A stretch of DNA of 29,227 nt, from positions 1 to 29,227 of the IMG/VR virus record IMGVR_UViG_3300032318_002680. One strand, given 5' to 3'. The notes under the pieces are model-generated. The model ran no database searches, was not told where the DNA came from, and saw nothing but the letters and a program-made list of their open reading frames with translations. A program made the position numbers and the translations under genes. Of this stretch, positions 1 through 8,116 are shown in pieces (the first letter of the stretch is position 1; each line of letters begins with the position of its first letter). The stretch is from a virus (taxonomy: Duplodnaviria > Caudoviricetes).

Positions 1-771
1 GACCGCAGATTCAACGAACTGACCTCGTACGGGGCCTGCGGGGACAAGCACATCGGCCTGATCTCCAAGACCAAGGTGTGGGAGGGAGCTAGCGACCGCT
101 CCTCTAAGCTCTTCGAGCAGTGGTACTCCCACCTCCAGGAGAAGGACGTGGTTCCTCTTAAGGACCTGAAGGAGGGAAGAATCAAGACTCTACTTCTGGC
201 ATTCCTCTGGGCTAGCGGGTGCGCCCATCGCATCGCCAAGTGGCCCGAGGCACAGGACTCCCACCTCGTCGAGACACTGCGCAAGGATCTCAGGGATAGG
301 TTCTCCAAGTTCTCTAAGCACTCCATCACCGCGGCCTACGAATCGCTCAAGGTCTTCTGGAAGGAGATCAACGACTACGAATCGTGCCCCTTCAACTCCA
401 GTCTCATCTCCGATGTTCTGGACGAGTCCTACCAGTACGTCTCGCAAAAGGCCGAGGAGGAGTCTAAAGTTGATGTGAAGAACTCGCCTCTTTTCTCCGA
501 GTTTGAGAGGAACTTCCCGTATGTCTCCCTAGACGTTCTGGAGAAGTACTACCTGAAAAACAGATTCAACTTTGTGGCGGCTGGGGTCTGCTCTCTGCGC
601 AAGACCTTCACGACCGTGCGCCCTCAGGAACTGGAGCACAAATTCTCCGAGAGTGAGTGGCCCAAGAAGTGGCACATCTACCTTAGCTCATACGAACCAA
701 AATGGCAAGCACAGCTCGAGAAGATACAGCAAGAGACCCGGGAAGCCCAGAGGGAGTGGAAAGAGGGATAA
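1..771 (+). CDS. Hypothetical phage protein, 5'-truncated by the window edge
   Basis: Frame +1 is open from base 1 (DRRFNELTSYGACGDKHIGLISKTKVWEG...) to TAA at 769-771, so the GTG at 76 is probably internal. C/G-ending codons match neighbouring genes; no family recognised. Confidence 0.75.
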   Translation, partial: DRRFNELTSYGACGDKHIGLISKTKVWEGASDRSSKLFEQWYSHLQEKDVVPLKDLKEGRIKTLLLAFLWASGCAHRIAKWPEAQDSHLVETLRKDLRDRFSKFSKHSITAAYESLKVFWKEINDYESCPFNSSLISDVLDESYQYVSQKAEEESKVDVKNSPLFSEFERNFPYVSLDVLEKYYLKNRFNFVAAGVCSLRKTFTTVRPQELEHKFSESEWPKKWHIYLSSYEPKWQAQLEKIQQETREAQREWKEG

Positions 772-953
772 ACATCCTCACGAACTCCCAGCCGGTCATC
801 GTAGACGGGGCGGACGAGTACATCGAGAAGTACGAGAAAGGCGAGATATCCGTCGACGAACTGTACGACTTCATCCTGAACGCGGAGGTTGTCTACGTGG
901 ATCGTTCTAAACATTCGGAGTTTAAAGAATCAGATAAGAACCAGACAGAGTAG
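756..953 (+). CDS. Small acidic hypothetical protein
   Basis: Fills the gap between the first CDS and the portal gene. The GTG at 756 is in frame with the 702 ORF and gives only a short overlap with the upstream gene; start uncertain. Confidence 0.55.
   Translation: MERGINILTNSQPVIVDGADEYIEKYEKGEISVDELYDFILNAEVVYVDRSKHSEFKESDKNQTE
920..927 (+). promoter_or_regulatory. GTTTAAAG motif, candidate late promoter
   Basis: Begins 42 nt upstream of the portal ATG; the same core recurs upstream of four other structural genes. Confidence 0.5.
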
Positions 954-961
954 GGACGTGC

Positions 962-2902
962 ATGACTGAGAATCGTCAGGCGGCGAAGCAGATTAAAACT
1001 GGCTACTACGACCGATACTTCAGTCTAGGCATAGCTCAGGGCAGCTTAGCGGGTTACAAGGCCGATCCTTACGCTTTCACAGCGACTCCCTACCTCAACT
1101 CGGGCACGATCCTCCCGCGTCGCGACGACATCCTCATCGAGGAGGGTGGTGGTGGCCCACGGGCGATCGAGAAGTACATGCGACTGTTCAACGACAGTCA
1201 CATCATCGCCGCCTGGGAAAAGATCATCGGGGAGATCGTCCAGCGCAAGTGGGAGATCGATCCCGCCAGCCCCTCCGATCGCGACGAGGAGGTCGCTGAG
1301 TTCGTCCGTCAGGTGCTGAAGCGCATGGGCACGAATACTCGGCAGGCCTACGGCAAGGAGATGCTGGTAACGTCCAACTCCGCTTTCGATACGTTCATCC
1401 GCGGGATGTGCGAGTCGATGATCCTCGGCATCTCGATAGGAGAGATCTGCTGGATGAGGCAGGGCAATTACATCGTTCCGTCGGAGATCAAGATACGCGA
1501 CCCGCGCAGGTTCCAGTTTGTCCTGAACGAGGACGGGACTATGTCCCCTCGCCTGATGACGGTGGACTCGCCGGTGGAGGGCATACCACTGCCCCTGCGT
1601 TCGATGGTCATACACAGGCACTGGTCCTATAGCAACTTCATGGACCCGTACGGCACGGGTCTGGGGCGTCAGCTCTACAGCCTTGTCGAGTTCAGACGTA
1701 CGCTGATGTCGTTCTGGCTCCAGTACGCGGACAAGCACACCACCCCTACAGCGGTGGGCAAATTCTCCCTGGGTACCCCGGACGAGGAGGTGGCATCGCT
1801 ATTCACGGCGCTTCAGCGACTGGGTCAGGAGACCGCGATCGTGATCCCCGACGAGATGGAGGTGGATTGGTTGGAGAGTCAGGGCCGCTCGGAGGTGTAC
1901 GAGAAGCTTATCGAGTACGTCGACCAGCAGATATCCTTTGTCCTCAACGGCGAGAATACGGTGGGGCAGGAGACCGGTAATGTGGGTTCGTACGCCCGGG
2001 ACCAGGTATCCGACTCGTTGAGGATGCGTAAAGCAAAAACCTTCTCAGAGGAATTAGATGAGACAATTAACGCCACGCTTATACGTTGGATTGTTGAGCT
2101 TAACTATCCGGGTGTCTCCGTTCCTAGACTTCGTAGAAACTTTGATGATCTAGAGCAACGCGAGGATCCCGTCAAGATCGTCCAGATGCTGACGCAGCTT
2201 CAGGCTGTGGGTTACGAGGTCAAGGACCTTGACTGGATGAGGGACAAGCTGGAGATCCCGTCCCTGGGCAAAGTCGACCAGTCCGCGATGATGGGCATGG
2301 GTGGAGCCCCACCGGCCGCGGGCGCTGCGCCCATGTCCGAACCGAAGACCCAAGAGCAGATGGACGACTCGGCAAACGGAGCCATGGGGGCGTTCGGAGC
2401 CGACCAGTCGGACATGCTCAGCCTCTTCGACTTCTCCGAGGGAGACTACGATGAGGATGGGGATACGTCCGACAAGACCAAGAAGGATAAGATCGCCAAG
2501 CTCATAGCGTCCAAGTTCGACGGAGCTCTGGACGATGTCGGGTTCCAGCGTATCGTCTCGGATAGCGGGGATTCGGAGGCTTCCGCGTCCAGGATCCACA
2601 TCGACGAGTACACCTCGCCAGGCGAGATCGCCCACGGTTCCAGAAGGCTCGTTGAGGAAGTCAAGAAGGTGCCGTACCTGCGACCCGACCAGTCCATGGC
2701 GCTCAGCGCCCTGAGCATGGAACTGTACAGCGTGGAGAACCAGATCAGAGTGGACGATATGGACGTACTCGAGACCACAAAACTTCTCGACCTCTACCAG
2801 AGAATCTACAGACTCAACCGCTCTGTGGTGCATAAGGAGTGCGTGGTGATCGACTGCAGGAAGGCGGGTTACTGGAAGTACTTTGCGCCGTACCTGATGT
2901 GA
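962..2902 (+). CDS. Portal protein, Mu gp29/DUF935-like, with a ~200 aa C-terminal extension
   Basis: Family-type motifs in the expected order: D-x-HI...W-EIDPAS-x-x-DRDEEVAEFV, G-x-S-x-x-EI-x-W, DPYGTGLGR-x-LY, FWLQYADK-x-x-x-P-x-x-VGK, IVIP-x-x-MEV-x-WLE, LIEYVD-x-x-IS-x-x-L-x-G, GSYA-x-x-QV, LIRWIVELNYPG. Confidence 0.85.
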   Translation: MTENRQAAKQIKTGYYDRYFSLGIAQGSLAGYKADPYAFTATPYLNSGTILPRRDDILIEEGGGGPRAIEKYMRLFNDSHIIAAWEKIIGEIVQRKWEIDPASPSDRDEEVAEFVRQVLKRMGTNTRQAYGKEMLVTSNSAFDTFIRGMCESMILGISIGEICWMRQGNYIVPSEIKIRDPRRFQFVLNEDGTMSPRLMTVDSPVEGIPLPLRSMVIHRHWSYSNFMDPYGTGLGRQLYSLVEFRRTLMSFWLQYADKHTTPTAVGKFSLGTPDEEVASLFTALQRLGQETAIVIPDEMEVDWLESQGRSEVYEKLIEYVDQQISFVLNGENTVGQETGNVGSYARDQVSDSLRMRKAKTFSEELDETINATLIRWIVELNYPGVSVPRLRRNFDDLEQREDPVKIVQMLTQLQAVGYEVKDLDWMRDKLEIPSLGKVDQSAMMGMGGAPPAAGAAPMSEPKTQEQMDDSANGAMGAFGADQSDMLSLFDFSEGDYDEDGDTSDKTKKDKIAKLIASKFDGALDDVGFQRIVSDSGDSEASASRIHIDEYTSPGEIAHGSRRLVEEVKKVPYLRPDQSMALSALSMELYSVENQIRVDDMDVLETTKLLDLYQRIYRLNRSVVHKECVVIDCRKAGYWKYFAPYLM

Positions 2903-2920
2903 TTCAGGGGGGTGGGCTTA

Positions 2921-2927
2921 GTTTAAA
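2921..2927 (+). promoter_or_regulatory. GTTTAAA motif, candidate late promoter
   Basis: Intergenic, begins 40 nt upstream of the tail tube ATG. Confidence 0.55.
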
Positions 2928-2960
2928 TATCGATAGATACTTGTGTAAGTTTATCCCGCC

Positions 2961-3389
2961 ATGCTATCATACAAGCCGGTAACACAGTCGCAGTTCTGGA
3001 TCCAGGCTTCCCCCTTCCAGCACTACTTCACTAACTTCAGCGGAATTCGCGACACCGCTGGCACCTCTCAGTACGCGGACGGGGTTCGTGGTCGCATCTT
3101 CAACCTCAAGGGACCCCGCACCCTGACAGAAGTGACCGTCTCGGTGCCTTTTGACCCCGAACAGCACGCCGACGTTGTGGACTTCTGGAAGGCCTACGGT
3201 TGCGAGTTTGTGACCCTGACCATCACTCCCGTGTCCTGTGGTGAGGACCCGCAGCCTATCGGCCAGCGCACCATCACCATCCCCGACGCGCAGATGACAA
3301 GCCTGAACTTCGGCGCAGCCGACCGCGCTTCCTCCAACGTCTCTACTCTCGAACTAACGTTCGTGATGGATACATTTACCTACAATTGA
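2961..3389 (+). CDS. Tail tube protein (T4 gp19/eCIS tube-like)
   Basis: 142 aa; F-x-x-FSGI...Y-x-DG...L-x-GP-x-x-x-x-EVTV, a central W, and C-terminal DRASSNVSTLELTF match the contractile-tail tube pattern. Confidence 0.7.
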   Translation: MLSYKPVTQSQFWIQASPFQHYFTNFSGIRDTAGTSQYADGVRGRIFNLKGPRTLTEVTVSVPFDPEQHADVVDFWKAYGCEFVTLTITPVSCGEDPQPIGQRTITIPDAQMTSLNFGAADRASSNVSTLELTFVMDTFTYN

Positions 3390-3410
3390 TCGCTAGTTGT
3401 AAGGATAAAT

Positions 3411-4475
3411 ATGTCCCTCTCCAACCTCTATTTCAGAGGATGCTTCGAGCGGCTCTCTGAGGATCAGAAAACCGCCGTCGAGGAGGCCGGTGGGGAGGGC
3501 ACCGTGGTGGACGCGGGTTGTTCCAGGGAGGTCAATACCTGCGGGATGAGCATCGACGACCTCCTGAACGACTACTCCTTCTACAGCTCGCAGAGGGGGC
3601 TTTATAAGTCCTGGGGTGACATAGAATTCCCCTGGCAGATCAGCGAACTAACTCCGAACCTCCTGTTCTCGGAGACAAACGATAAGTGGGGCGTGGCCAC
3701 CTACAGGGCCGTAGTGGCCTACGCTGAGGGGAGCAGGGTGCTCCTCGTCGAGGAGGACGGGCACAGGATCAGTCTCTACGAGGCCAACGAGGACATCGAG
3801 GCCGCGAGCAGAGCTTTCGACCGCTCGAAGTGGACCCGGATCTGCTACATAGACACAACGATCCCGGCGGGCATCCCTACCATAGAGGAGCTGAGGGAGA
3901 GGTACAAGCGTTACAGCCTCAAGCTCATGGACCAGGAGTGGGGGAGTTACGACGCTGAGTGGGACTCAGGACTCTTCCAGCAGAGCCTCAGCGTATGCTA
4001 CTCTCCAGAGCTGACAGCCACGGAGCTGGAGAAGTGCCTTAGGGACAACTCGTCCGATAAGTGGAAAGAGGCCCGGGTGAGAAGACAGTTCTTCTACCGC
4101 GAGGGGGACGAGGTCCTGGTGGACGGGGAATGTGGCGATGCGGTCTGCTTGTACATAGCCAAGCAGGACATCCCCGCCACCCAGGAAACCCTGGAATCCA
4201 ATTCCAACTTCGACCACAACGACCTGGCCTGGCAACGCGTATACTGCGTACCCACCGGAGTGAATAGATGCCTGGAGTACCAGAGGGAGAAGGATCCGGC
4301 GCTAGGCTACGATGTTGTACAGATCGGCTCGAAGGGGCACTTTGTCGAGGTCCCGGTACCCTACAGACTGAAGCCTCCAACGCCCTCGCTGGACGAGAGA
4401 GCGGAACTCGAACTTCCCCCGCGTGTTCTCACTCAAGCCGAGATCAACGCCCTCCCGCAACCCCCCACGGAGTAA
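3411..4475 (+). CDS. Putative virion protein with two small beta repeats (Y-x-EG-x-x-VL...LY-x-A-x-x-DI...W)
   Basis: 354 aa ORF after an AAGGA RBS-like site; the internal repeat is reminiscent of CBM5/12-like modules. Confidence 0.6.
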   Translation: MSLSNLYFRGCFERLSEDQKTAVEEAGGEGTVVDAGCSREVNTCGMSIDDLLNDYSFYSSQRGLYKSWGDIEFPWQISELTPNLLFSETNDKWGVATYRAVVAYAEGSRVLLVEEDGHRISLYEANEDIEAASRAFDRSKWTRICYIDTTIPAGIPTIEELRERYKRYSLKLMDQEWGSYDAEWDSGLFQQSLSVCYSPELTATELEKCLRDNSSDKWKEARVRRQFFYREGDEVLVDGECGDAVCLYIAKQDIPATQETLESNSNFDHNDLAWQRVYCVPTGVNRCLEYQREKDPALGYDVVQIGSKGHFVEVPVPYRLKPPTPSLDERAELELPPRVLTQAEINALPQPPTE

Positions 4476-4478
4476 CCT

Positions 4479-6050
4479 ATGCCAAACTCATGCAATGACA
4501 GTGGGGTGAGCAGGATCCTTCCCACGTCCTCCCAGGCGCTAAACCAGAACCCCTTCCAGCAACCGTTCCAGCTGAACCCCAACGTGTACCAGGGGTCGGT
4601 GTCGGGGTCGCTGGTCGCGGAGTACAGTTTTCAGGATTTTTACACCAAGTCAGAGATACTGACCCTGCTGAGTGTTAAGGCGGACAAGAATACCGTATAC
4701 ACACGGAACGAGATCGATGACCTACTCGATGGTATAAATCTGAGCCTTGAAGGCTTCGTACTTAGAGTACCGAGCGTAGCAAAACCCAATATCATAAACC
4801 CGGGCACCAACGACACCGTCGCTCTTACGCTGCGTGGCTCGAGTACTAACGCCGTAATAACCGAGTGGATTAGTAGCGTCGGGGAGCAGGTAGGAAGGGT
4901 TAATAACGACGGAACGTCCGTATTCGCGAACAAAGTGACCATAGGTGGTCTGGTTGGCAGCGGTCTTCCGGCTCTGGATACTCAGAACAGGCGGATCACT
5001 GGAGTCGCGGACCCCACCGCTCCCTCCGACGCCGTCCCCCTCTCATTCATGGAGGAGTATGTCAGCGATGCCATCAGCGAAGGAGGCGGTGGAGCCCAAC
5101 CCATCACCGTCTCGCCGAACAACGGACTCGTGCTCGCCGATGACGTTCTGAGCACAGCGTACAACACGTTGGTCCCCGACTCGGCGTACTCCGTCCCCGT
5201 GGGCGGAGCCCCCGCCACCCCCGCCTCCACCTGGAAGACCCGGAACATCGTAGAGGTCCTGGACGCCATACTCTTCCCGGCGTACCCCGCCACGGTTGGG
5301 TCGGGTAAGTCGGTGAATCTGACAGTCACGGGGGCCTCCGGAACTCTGGAGATAGGACGTACCGTGGCCAGGGTGCTGACCGCTACGTTTGGTCGGGGTC
5401 AGATAGTAAACGGAGATGGTAGCCCAGGCCCGGATCTGGTCGGTGCGGCCACTTCGTACAGCTTCACGGGAACAGGCATCTCCCAGACCGATCAGTCTGG
5501 CAACACCCTATCCGTCACCAACATCGTTCAGAGCGGGGCAAATAACTGGGAGGTGACGGCCTTCCACAACGCTGGTACAGGCGCCTACTACGATTCCGGC
5601 CTGGTCCCAGCCACCAACCTCGATTCGCTGAGAGTCGCGGGAAGCGTATCGGACACGACCAGCTCACCCACCGTGACCGGAGTATACCCTTACTTCTGGG
5701 GGGTTTCCAACGCGCCGCTTACCGCGGCGCAGATCGCGGGGCTGGTGAGTAGTGGCAACGCCGCTGCGAACAAAATCGTGGCGTCTTCGGCCAACACTCT
5801 CCCGGTCACCTTCGGAGCCTCGGCTCAGTACCTGTGGTTCGCCCACCCCACCTCGTCGACAACCAAGACCAAGTGGTACAACACGGTGATAAACAACGGA
5901 AGCATCGGTTCTCCAACCGACCTCTTCGGTGCATCGGCCACTCAGGCGTTTGACAGCGCTCAATTCTACTGGGCCGGGGTGAGTTATCGGGTTTACGTAT
6001 CTAACTACGCCACCACTACGGGCGGTGTTATGGAACTTCGGAACAACTAA
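4479..6050 (+). CDS. Fibre/appendage protein
   Basis: YTKSEI...KADK...YTRNEID helical repeat, RITGVADPT-x-x-x-DAV trimeric neck-like motif, G/S/T-rich beta region, C-terminal YPYFWG...LWFAHP domain. Confidence 0.7.
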   Translation: MPNSCNDSGVSRILPTSSQALNQNPFQQPFQLNPNVYQGSVSGSLVAEYSFQDFYTKSEILTLLSVKADKNTVYTRNEIDDLLDGINLSLEGFVLRVPSVAKPNIINPGTNDTVALTLRGSSTNAVITEWISSVGEQVGRVNNDGTSVFANKVTIGGLVGSGLPALDTQNRRITGVADPTAPSDAVPLSFMEEYVSDAISEGGGGAQPITVSPNNGLVLADDVLSTAYNTLVPDSAYSVPVGGAPATPASTWKTRNIVEVLDAILFPAYPATVGSGKSVNLTVTGASGTLEIGRTVARVLTATFGRGQIVNGDGSPGPDLVGAATSYSFTGTGISQTDQSGNTLSVTNIVQSGANNWEVTAFHNAGTGAYYDSGLVPATNLDSLRVAGSVSDTTSSPTVTGVYPYFWGVSNAPLTAAQIAGLVSSGNAAANKIVASSANTLPVTFGASAQYLWFAHPTSSTTKTKWYNTVINNGSIGSPTDLFGASATQAFDSAQFYWAGVSYRVYVSNYATTTGGVMELRNN

Positions 6051-6054
6051 CACA

Positions 6055-6753
6055 ATGGCAATTATACTCAACGATAACGTTCACGTCTATGCTCCCAAGA
6101 TCATGGACGACAAGTACGGTCCCTACAGCACGCTGGAGCTGGCAAAAAGTTCGGTGCCCGGGGTGGAAAGACATGTCGGAATGACAGTGGCCGTAGGCAC
6201 CACGTCGCTCGTGGAGTACTGGTGGGAAGCCGGAGTGGGGGACAACGACTTGGTTCCTAAAAACCCCCCGCTGCCGGACACCGCGGTAACTCCGGGGGAA
6301 TATCTTTTCGCTAACATCGTAGTCGATCAGAAGGGGCGGATCACCTCGGCTTCGAGCGGAGACGTTCTCGTCCCAGCCACCACTACGTACACGACGTCAG
6401 TACTTGCAAACCTTGAAGCCGAGAACTTCACCGTGGATCTCGGGCAAGTTTCCGAACTCCTGTCAGTCGAGATCTCGGTTCCTTCCTGGCTGAGATTCTA
6501 CCGTTCCAGCGCCCAGCGCTCAGCGGACACCAGAGGCGGTCCGGGCGGCCCGCTTCAGTCGATGATTAACCTCGGAGACGCAAAACCTTACTCCGAGAAC
6601 GTTACGGTTGTTCCGGGGGAGATTATCGTCCAGAACCCCATTCCCACTCTGCGAGGAGATGATACCGGCCTAGTCTACGGTAGAATTATCAACAGAAGTG
6701 GCAGTTCTACTCAAATCACTCTGACCCTAACCACCCTACCCCTGGAGGAATAA
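6055..6753 (+). CDS. Short fibre/adaptor protein (N-terminus shared with 8117, C-terminus shared with 11692)
   Basis: Start moved to ATG 6055 because MAIILNDNV aligns with the start of the 8117 paralog. Contains the VTPGEY-x-x-ANI-x-VD-x-KGRITSASSG fibre motif and a C-terminal W-x-R-x-Y...RSADTR domain. Confidence 0.75.
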   Translation: MAIILNDNVHVYAPKIMDDKYGPYSTLELAKSSVPGVERHVGMTVAVGTTSLVEYWWEAGVGDNDLVPKNPPLPDTAVTPGEYLFANIVVDQKGRITSASSGDVLVPATTTYTTSVLANLEAENFTVDLGQVSELLSVEISVPSWLRFYRSSAQRSADTRGGPGGPLQSMINLGDAKPYSENVTVVPGEIIVQNPIPTLRGDDTGLVYGRIINRSGSSTQITLTLTTLPLEE

Positions 6754-6755
6754 TC

Positions 6756-7718
6756 ATGGCAGTTGACAAGCAGGCTTACGCAGCAATCGCACCCTGGACC
6801 GTGACTACGGTCTGCGACTTTTTCGAAGAGGCGTTCATTGACGCCGGTCTGATGACCGCGTGGTACGACTCGTTTACCGCAGATGGTCGTGAGCATCGTG
6901 TCCTCGAAGTAACCTATAACGCTGCTAAGGATTACGGTAAGACCTATTACTGGTTCACGATCAATGGAGTCGGGGTGTGGATGAGAACGGCGCCGGTATG
7001 GGACGCGCTTAATCACAGGCCGGACGGTGCTCAGTACGTGGACTGGAGAGTTCAGAACATGACGGACATGAACGAGGTCCCGCTGCTTCTGACTATCTCC
7101 AACTCCATCAGTTGCTCACTTACCCGGTACACTTCGGGATCCCGGACTTTCTTTGTGTTCCGCAGTGGATTTACGCATAACAACTTCACGATCGATCCTT
7201 CGGACACAACTTTCAGATCTTTCTACAACCTGGACTATGGCTACCATTCCGGAATTTGGCAAGTTCGTCTGGCGTCTAAATACGCTGGATTTTGGTCGGT
7301 GTATAGGACAAGAAGAGACCTGCTTTTAGGAGGTTCGATGAACGCTGCGGGATCCGGGTACTCGGACGCGGTAATGGTAAATCTTTTCTGTTTACCCGTA
7401 AATTACGGAAACTTTTATTACCAAACCATGCCGGACAATGGGTACGTCCTTCCGGGCTGGAATAAATTTGCCAATCCTTCCATACCCGCCTCTGGTTTCA
7501 ATCCGGTGTTTACCGGCATGGTCCCCAGTTCAGTCATCACCACCCCTCTCCCCGATGACTTTGGAATCACTGCGATCAAAAATAGCAATCTCCTTGCCAT
7601 TCAGGATAATGCCACAGTAACTCCGGGTATCGAGGAGTACGAGGTTCTTAACTTCCTTAATGGAAACATTGCTGAAGGGGTCACAAATAATCCCGTGTTC
7701 CTTGCACGTACGATCTGA
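6756..7718 (+). CDS. Putative virion/receptor-binding protein, paralog of 13674
   Basis: Shares AFIDAGLMT-x-WYDSF, RVLEV-x-Y, YGKTYY, DFGI, G-x-EE-x-E and FLAR with 13674..14720. Confidence 0.7.
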   Translation: MAVDKQAYAAIAPWTVTTVCDFFEEAFIDAGLMTAWYDSFTADGREHRVLEVTYNAAKDYGKTYYWFTINGVGVWMRTAPVWDALNHRPDGAQYVDWRVQNMTDMNEVPLLLTISNSISCSLTRYTSGSRTFFVFRSGFTHNNFTIDPSDTTFRSFYNLDYGYHSGIWQVRLASKYAGFWSVYRTRRDLLLGGSMNAAGSGYSDAVMVNLFCLPVNYGNFYYQTMPDNGYVLPGWNKFANPSIPASGFNPVFTGMVPSSVITTPLPDDFGITAIKNSNLLAIQDNATVTPGIEEYEVLNFLNGNIAEGVTNNPVFLARTI

Positions 7719-8068
7719 TGACAATAACCACGGCTCAGAGTATAAGTGGTGGCCAGGAGTACTCCTGGCTTGTTGGCCCGGTCCGGCACTTCACAATAAC
7801 CCCGGCTCAGAGCGTAAGTGGTGGGCAGGACTACTCTGACCCCGTCAGTGTTGGCCCGGTTCAGTACTTCAGGGAATCTGGCGGGATCCCGTGGTTGCAT
7901 TCCCCGGTCGGTTTCACCGGGCAACTGGGAGGACTCAACCAGGTGTACTCCGAAGCGTTCAGACCGAGCATCCAGTACGTGACCGCGGGCTTCGACCCCG
8001 TCATCGTCTCCCAGTTGACCGTGGTTCTGCGCGACACCGGTCAGATCTGGCCAGCAGGCTATAGCTAA
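7718..8068 (+). CDS. Small virion protein with an internal duplication and C-terminal GQIWP motif
   Basis: TGATG coupling to the upstream gene; same position and terminal motif as 14720..14902. Confidence 0.65.
   Translation: MTITTAQSISGGQEYSWLVGPVRHFTITPAQSVSGGQDYSDPVSVGPVQYFRESGGIPWLHSPVGFTGQLGGLNQVYSEAFRPSIQYVTAGFDPVIVSQLTVVLRDTGQIWPAGYS
7721..7870 (+). repeat. Imperfect tandem direct repeat (72 nt + 78 nt)
   Basis: Units at 7721 and 7793 both read ACAATAACC-x-CGGCTCAGAG...TAAGTGGTGG-x-CAGGA-x-TACTC...TGTTGGCCCGGT...ACTTC. Confidence 0.9.
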
Positions 8069-8116
8069 GCGATTCCGACGTATCGAACCCCAATGCTAAG
8101 AGAAAACTAGAACAAA

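Noticed and set aside
1046-2833. Long antisense ORFs (230 and 227 aa) opposite the portal gene, and similar ones elsewhere
   Set aside because: Expected from GC-rich codon bias; no recognisable protein features.
2961-3389. eCIS or tailocin locus
   Set aside because: An adjacent portal gene implies a DNA-packaging head, so a phage is more likely.
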